Shown in pieces: positions 59,194 to 64,000 of a stretch of 64,000 nt of DNA. The translations under genes were made by a program, and so were the position numbers. The stretch covers positions 1-64,000 of the IMG/VR virus record IMGVR_UViG_3300037882_004127, one strand, 5' to 3'. Below the pieces are notes generated by a model, which saw nothing but the letters and a program-made list of their open reading frames with translations, ran no database searches and had not been told where the DNA came from. The number at the start of each line of letters is the position of its first letter. The stretch's first letter is position 1. Origin of the DNA: a virus.

Positions 59194-59654
59194 AGCTCAA
59201 AAATATTCCCCACAACCTCATATGCGTAATCATTCTTATGCAGCCAAGCGCTCGCCGCCCCGCTTTTCGCCCAATCCCCATTTAGCCAGACATATTTCAA
59301 AATGAAGGCGCAAAATTCCTCATCATATTTAACTTCAGCTCGCGCATAAATTATGTCGGGGCTTGGTAAGGGTTTTGTAACATCAACCTCATAAACATTC
59401 TCGCCAACTTTGGTCTTAGTAAAATTTAATGGGGAAACGTTTAGTATGTCACCTTCGTAAATTTCGCGCCCGTTTAGATCAGATAAACCCGTAAATTGTT
59501 GAATAATAATTTTGGGGAAATCTCCATCCGCCGAAATCAACCTATCCTCCCTCTGGTATCCCGCATTATGGTTAGACACATTAAACCAAGCAAATCCGTT
59601 CTCCTCCCACTCTTTCTTCACACGATTCCAGACGCGAAATTTAATGGTTCTCAT
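59190..59654 (-). CDS. YopX-family protein
   Basis: IKFRVW, QFTGL.D.NG.EIYEGDI and VVGNIFE. Confidence 0.9.
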   Translation of the reverse strand: MRTIKFRVWNRVKKEWEENGFAWFNVSNHNAGYQREDRLISADGDFPKIIIQQFTGLSDLNGREIYEGDILNVSPLNFTKTKVGENVYEVDVTKPLPSPDIIYARAEVKYDEEFCAFILKYVWLNGDWAKSGAASAWLHKNDYAYEVVGNIFEL

Positions 59655-60163
59655 TACAACTTTTTACAATATTTCCTAAGTTTTGTCAAGCCTGTTTTAG
59701 AGCCTAAATTGAACAACGGAATCCCTTTATCTTTACAGACCAAAATTCCGGTGCAAGATCCGCCAACCTCTTTGCCCTCGGGCGTCCAACAAACAGCCAC
59801 GGTGGAAGGAGTTTCGTTATCTGAACCCAAAATTAATGCTACGTTGCGAGCGTGGAAAATTCGATGATTCAATTTGAGTTGATCCCAATGACCAACATAT
59901 TTTGACGCCGCTTCCCAATTTTCGGGTGTATGTAAAATTCCATTGTAATGATTATTGTAGCCTTGCCACGGTAGATAAAGCTCAACTTTGGAATTGGCGA
60001 CTTTTTTGAACCCGTTGAGCCCAGCGTCATCTATTCCAATGGCTCCTCCAGTGCGTAAAACCCATCCTTTCTTGGCGAAAAATTCAGCGATTTGGCCAAT
60101 TTTGAGTAAGTCATCACCTGAAAATCCTTCGCGCGAACCGAAAATTGAAATATATTTAGGCAT
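59654..60163 (-). CDS. DprA/Smf-like SLOG protein
   Basis: GSRE, RTGGAIGID, LPW, ARN and WTP..GG. Confidence 0.85.
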   Translation of the reverse strand: MPKYISIFGSREGFSGDDLLKIGQIAEFFAKKGWVLRTGGAIGIDDAGLNGFKKVANSKVELYLPWQGYNNHYNGILHTPENWEAASKYVGHWDQLKLNHRIFHARNVALILGSDNETPSTVAVCWTPEGKEVGGSCTGILVCKDKGIPLFNLGSKTGLTKLRKYCKKL

Positions 60164-60254
60164 TGTTAACTTTATAATGAAATTATAAGGGTTTCGGAAG
60201 ATGAGTCAAACTAAATGATTGACCATTTGACCGAAATTCCCAATAATCTCATCA

Positions 60255-60461
60255 GTGGCTCTAAACCGATTTTCAATTCCTAAAAGGTTAACCCCCTCCC
60301 AAATCAAAAGTATTTGTGAAAAGTTTAACCTAACTGATACCCAGTTCAGAGAGGGGACGGTTGGCCGCAAGGTAAATTTTCAATTATGCGCCTACATTTG
60401 TATCCTCTTAGGCTATAAAGATTGGTATCCAAAATATTGGCCCAAAAGAATGAATAATTGA
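60255..60461 (+). CDS. hypothetical protein
   Basis: GTG-start ORF after TTGACC..CAATAAT. Confidence 0.5.
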   Translation: MALNRFSIPKRLTPSQIKSICEKFNLTDTQFREGTVGRKVNFQLCAYICILLGYKDWYPKYWPKRMNN

Positions 60462-60489
60462 AAATAATTTGATTTCCCGCATAAAATTA

Positions 60490-60498
60490 GTGTATACT
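60490..60498 (+). promoter_or_regulatory. GTGTATACT promoter upstream of the putative large ncRNA
   Basis: Same motif as the other + strand promoters. Confidence 0.55.
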
Positions 60499-60504
60499 TA
60501 TTTA

Positions 60505-60990
60505 AGGTCTAATAAAAGCGCGAACAAACGCTACAATTACGCCAAGCTATCGCACAGGTCCTACCACGACGCAATTCGTGCCTGTGAATAGACCACTTTT
60601 TATTCAGACATTATGAATAAATGGGCCGCGAGAGTGACGCGGGATAAAAAATCGTTGAGGTAATACCTTAACACACCAGTTAAATACCAAGCTAACCGCG
60701 TTTCTTCCTAACAAGGATAGAATAGAACGAGATTGTATCAAATTTGAATGGGGCTAATTACTGGAGCCTGTCTCGCAAGACTTAAAAGTAGTTCGATGGC
60801 GAAATTAAGTTGCGCTTCACGTTTGGGCAAATGCCGGTTAATCCCGGTAATCCCCGGTTTTCGTAAGAAGATTTCCGATAATAGAGCGTGTTTGGGTTAG
60901 CCGACCCAATGTTGTCACTTTGTCTTTTGGCTATACCGAACTGAGTTCCCAAAAACATCAAGCCTATTTACGGATTTTCCGTTTCTAGGC
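60505..60990 (+). ncRNA. putative large structured non-coding RNA of unknown class
   Basis: ~490 nt with no ORF of 60 aa or more, many stems and GNRA-type loops on the + strand, and an upstream promoter motif. Confidence 0.65.
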
Positions 60991-60996
60991 AGTGTT

Positions 60997-61200
60997 GTGT
61001 CTATGCGTAATAAATTACGTCAAGCTACCCGAAATAAGCCCCGGCCCCTAAAGTGGCCAAGCTTAAATACTTATGAAAAACCTCCGATCATTTCCGTAGG
61101 AAATAAAGGCGAAGCCTTTTCTCTGATTAACGGGGAAAATAAAAAACACCCAGAATTCAATCTAAGTGTTTACCTAACCAAGGAATTAAGAGCTATATGA
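60997..61200 (+). CDS. basic hypothetical protein
   Basis: ORF directly after the structured region. Confidence 0.5.
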   Translation: MSMRNKLRQATRNKPRPLKWPSLNTYEKPPIISVGNKGEAFSLINGENKKHPEFNLSVYLTKELRAI

Positions 61201-61201
61201 T

Positions 61202-61393
61202 CTAGCACAATAAATTATACGCCCCAACCTTATATCCATAGCCCCATGCCAAACTAGCCGGAATTAAAAACACAACAGACAACCAATCCCGAGTATCATT
61301 TCTATGCGCGCACAATCCCGCCGCAAAGGCCAGCCAAACACACATAATCAGAGCTAGACTTTCTACGAATAAGCGAAAAGTAGATTTAATCAT
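61202..61393 (-). CDS. small membrane protein
   Basis: Two hydrophobic helices. Confidence 0.6.
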   Translation of the reverse strand: MIKSTFRLFVESLALIMCVWLAFAAGLCAHRNDTRDWLSVVFLIPASLAWGYGYKVGAYNLLC

Positions 61394-61613
61394 TTATGCT
61401 CGTTAGTTTCCAAAATTTCGCCGCAATAAGCTCTTCCTGTTCTTCCTCGCTTAGCTCCCCGTTTCCCGCTCGTGCGGCATATGACCAAGCATCCGCATTC
61501 TCAATCAACTTCCTTAACCCATCGTTATTCCCGCACACACAGAATAAGTTAATCTTATGGAGAAAGTCCTCGTAAACCTTAATTTTCTCCTGATCTGTTG
61601 GGATTTTAATCAT
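61386..61613 (-). CDS. hypothetical protein
   Basis: ORF packing. Confidence 0.7.
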   Translation of the reverse strand: MIKIPTDQEKIKVYEDFLHKINLFCVCGNNDGLRKLIENADAWSYAARAGNGELSEEEQEELIAAKFWKLTSIND

Positions 61614-61893
61614 TTTCGGCCACCTTTCTCATCAACTCGTTAAATTCTTCTCCATATCCGTTGATAATATATTTTGGGTTAGATGTTGGGTCTCGCCCTT
61701 CGTGAATGCAAGTAAAATCCTCAATAATATCATTTAATGGGACATCAAAATCAATTTGCGCGATTAGTTTACCATCTTTCTTGATCTCATGCCAGTATTC
61801 ACCTTTTTTATATCGGCAATCCCATCCAACCTTATAACCCAACGATTCAAAATATCTAATAACTTCTTGGTTTTGATGTGTCATATTAAGCAT
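61606..61893 (-). CDS. hypothetical protein
   Basis: ORF packing. Confidence 0.7.
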   Translation of the reverse strand: MLNMTHQNQEVIRYFESLGYKVGWDCRYKKGEYWHEIKKDGKLIAQIDFDVPLNDIIEDFTCIHEGRDPTSNPKYIINGYGEEFNELMRKVAEND

Positions 61894-62247
61894 CCCTAAG
61901 TTTCATTAACCGCGACCGTTCCTCAAGCAACTCGTTCAATCGTTTATACCATTTCGTTTTATCCTCGTTTGATCGGGCATCCATCCAACACCCGCGCGCC
62001 ATGGATAAAGTCTTGTCAAGTTCTTCAATTAATTTAACGTAATCTTTGTTCATGCAATTTTTAATGTTACTTTATCCACAATAGGAATCTGTAGCCCAAT
62101 ACTCGCGGCGTCAAGTGATTTTCCGACACCAATTTTCTCCCAACCAGTTTCAACGTGACTTAATCGTTTGAAAATAACCTTTTTCCCGGAACCAAAAGAT
62201 AACAATCCGCGCCGTTCTTCCAAACTTACAAAAATCCAAATAATTAC

Positions 62248-63483
62248 TCATTTTGACTTTTTGTTGGACTTCTGCTTCATCAAGGAACTAATCGGATTCG
62301 CAAGCGAATCTAATGAACTTCCCTCTCCACAGACTTTAATTCCCGCAGAACTTGCGGTATTTTTGTTATGCATATCGTTTAGATAATAGTTTTTCAGGTT
62401 AATAGCGACGTTGAGATCGCGGTCGGTAGTTGTATTATCGTCATGTATAGTCGTTCTGTCCGCCAAAGTCAAGGAATTATTTATTTTTCCTGATTTGTGG
62501 TCCAGTTTTGAACTGGGATAGAAGCGATTCGCGATAATCACTGTCCGACCATACCATTTTGCCTTATATTCAATCATTCGACGAAACGCATAAAATGACG
62601 CATCGCCAATAGACTGAGCTAATTTATGATTTTTCATCATATTAGAAACAGATAAATCCTCTAAAACAATAACTTGGTTATCGTTTACTATTTTAGTGGT
62701 TGCTTTGTGTATGGCGTCTTTTCTAATATTTGAAATTCTATAATGTAATTTTGCTAATTTTTTCTTTGCTTTCTCTCTGTTTTTAGAACCTTTCTTCTTT
62801 TTGGATAATTGTCTTTGTTTGCGTTTTAGTTTCTTTAAGTTCTTTTTTAATGCCTTGGGATTTTCAAAAATTGTTCCGTCTGAGCAGGTGGCCAGAACCT
62901 TAATTCCCAAATCTATACCGACCGCTTCATTTGCGGGTGTGGGTGCGACCTTTACCACATCTTCAATCAGGCACGAGACAAACCACTTTCCCGCCCTACT
63001 ACTAACTGTTACCGATTTAATCTCAGCATCTAGCGGAATATAATCTGATTCTTTCAATTTTACTTCGCCAATTCTAGGCAATTTAATATGGTTTCTATCT
63101 GAGATGTAAATTGAACCATCTAATTTGAATGATTGTTTTTCGTTTTTCTTAGATTTGAACTTCGGAAAACCCTTTTTACCTTTAACTTTTTTCTTGCAAC
63201 GGGCGAAAAAGTTCTTAAATGCAATATCACAATTTATCAGGGCTGATTGCGGAGCAGATTTACTTGAATTATACATCCAACCAAGTTCGGATTGCTTTAA
63301 CTTATTCAACTCTCTATGTAACTCTATTGCATTTGGGATTTTCTCTTTTTTCTCAAACGCCTCCTTCTTCTTCGCTAACGCCCAATTATAAGCAAATCTC
63401 GCACAACCAGCATGTTGCGATAATAAAGTTCGTTGCTTATTATTAACGTCTAATTCTATTTTATAAGCACGAAGAAAGTTCAT
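62248..63483 (-). CDS. tnpB: TnpB RNA-guided endonuclease (IS607-like)
   Basis: HAGCARFAYNW, GIDLG, LEDL and DRDLN; the right end resembles GTAAGTTTGGAAGAACGG (~62212). Confidence 0.93.
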   Translation of the reverse strand: MNFLRAYKIELDVNNKQRTLLSQHAGCARFAYNWALAKKKEAFEKKEKIPNAIELHRELNKLKQSELGWMYNSSKSAPQSALINCDIAFKNFFARCKKKVKGKKGFPKFKSKKNEKQSFKLDGSIYISDRNHIKLPRIGEVKLKESDYIPLDAEIKSVTVSSRAGKWFVSCLIEDVVKVAPTPANEAVGIDLGIKVLATCSDGTIFENPKALKKNLKKLKRKQRQLSKKKKGSKNREKAKKKLAKLHYRISNIRKDAIHKATTKIVNDNQVIVLEDLSVSNMMKNHKLAQSIGDASFYAFRRMIEYKAKWYGRTVIIANRFYPSSKLDHKSGKINNSLTLADRTTIHDDNTTTDRDLNVAINLKNYYLNDMHNKNTASSAGIKVCGEGSSLDSLANPISSLMKQKSNKKSK

Positions 63484-63999
63484 TCAATCACAATATTTAA
63501 AAACATATCCGTTTTTTGTTTTTTTGTTTCTCCCGCCGCATATTGCCCAAATAGCTGGTTTAGATATATTAAACTTGCTAGATACTTCATCGGAGGAATT
63601 GAATTTTCCTACTAACTCACGATTTTTATCAAATACTAGTATGCTTCGACTGTCTCCTCCCACCTTTTCCATGTCAAAACCTAATTTTTTCCTCGCTTTT
63701 AGCAAGGTGCTAGGATGGATTCCAATATCTTTTGCTACGGCTTCCCAGTTATTTCCATTTTCTTGGTATTTTTTGGTTAAGAAATCTGAAGTTAAGAAAT
63801 TTGTATCCCGTCTTTGAATCTCTTGAGACAGACATTTTGTATATAAATCATATTTTCTATCCAAAGAAACCAACGAATCCTTATAAAAGACATTTAATAT
63901 TGGTTGACATAAATTTATTCCGCATACCCCAAAGGTAAAAACAGAAGTATTCTTCCTTTTTTTTCTGACCGCATCAGTTTTTATATGTTTTTTTATAAA
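63484..63999 (-). CDS. LAGLIDADG-type endonuclease C-terminus with HTH/NUMOD1 domain, 5'-partial
   Basis: The frame is open to the window edge. FYKDS..LDRK matches the LAGLIDADG tails at 51020 and 56898; NUMOD1-like FNSSDE..GYVFKY. Confidence 0.7.
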   Translation of the reverse strand, partial: FIKKHIKTDAVRKKRKNTSVFTFGVCGINLCQPILNVFYKDSLVSLDRKYDLYTKCLSQEIQRRDTNFLTSDFLTKKYQENGNNWEAVAKDIGIHPSTLLKARKKLGFDMEKVGGDSRSILVFDKNRELVGKFNSSDEVSSKFNISKPAIWAICGGRNKKTKNGYVFKYCD

Positions 64000-64000
64000 G

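Noticed and set aside
60505-60990. RNase P, tmRNA, or retron/DGR RNA
   Set aside because: Hallmark motifs were not found, and there is no reverse transcriptase in the window.
3096-63938. Most + strand ORFs in the track (e.g. 3096, 8020, 31160, 33593, 54130, 59496)
   Set aside because: They are antisense shadows of well-supported minus-strand genes.

Overview
This is a 64-kb segment of a large, AT-rich tailed-phage (jumbo-like) genome. Almost all genes lie on the minus strand: well over 100 small hypothetical ORFs surround a replication/recombination module (three-piece Pol III alpha with PHP, exonuclease and core; primase; DnaB; RecA; a PD-(D/E)XK exonuclease). It also has nucleotide enzymes (dUTPase, dNMP kinase, HAD nucleotidase), DNA and RNA methyltransferases, an RNA ligase and dispersed ADP-heptose pathway genes. 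Selfish nucleases are abundant: four TnpB genes with no TnpA in the window and six free-standing homing-type endonucleases, three of them coupled to an unannotated small DNA-binding gene behind a shared GTGTAT promoter motif. The most notable observations are: (1) a ~490-nt, apparently non-coding, hairpin-dense RNA at ~60505-60990; (2) a precisely bounded IS200/IS605-type TnpB element whose guide derives from a disrupted duplicate of the neighbouring methyltransferase N-terminus, while the intact copy has an altered TAM and seed; (3) two non-canonical tRNAs (UAU, UCU); (4) an ACP-like protein lacking its Ser near a FeeM-like acyltransferase; (5) apparent CGCG enrichment. Several 1-bp frameshifts may be sequencing errors. 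All calls come from reading the sequence by eye; no searches were run.
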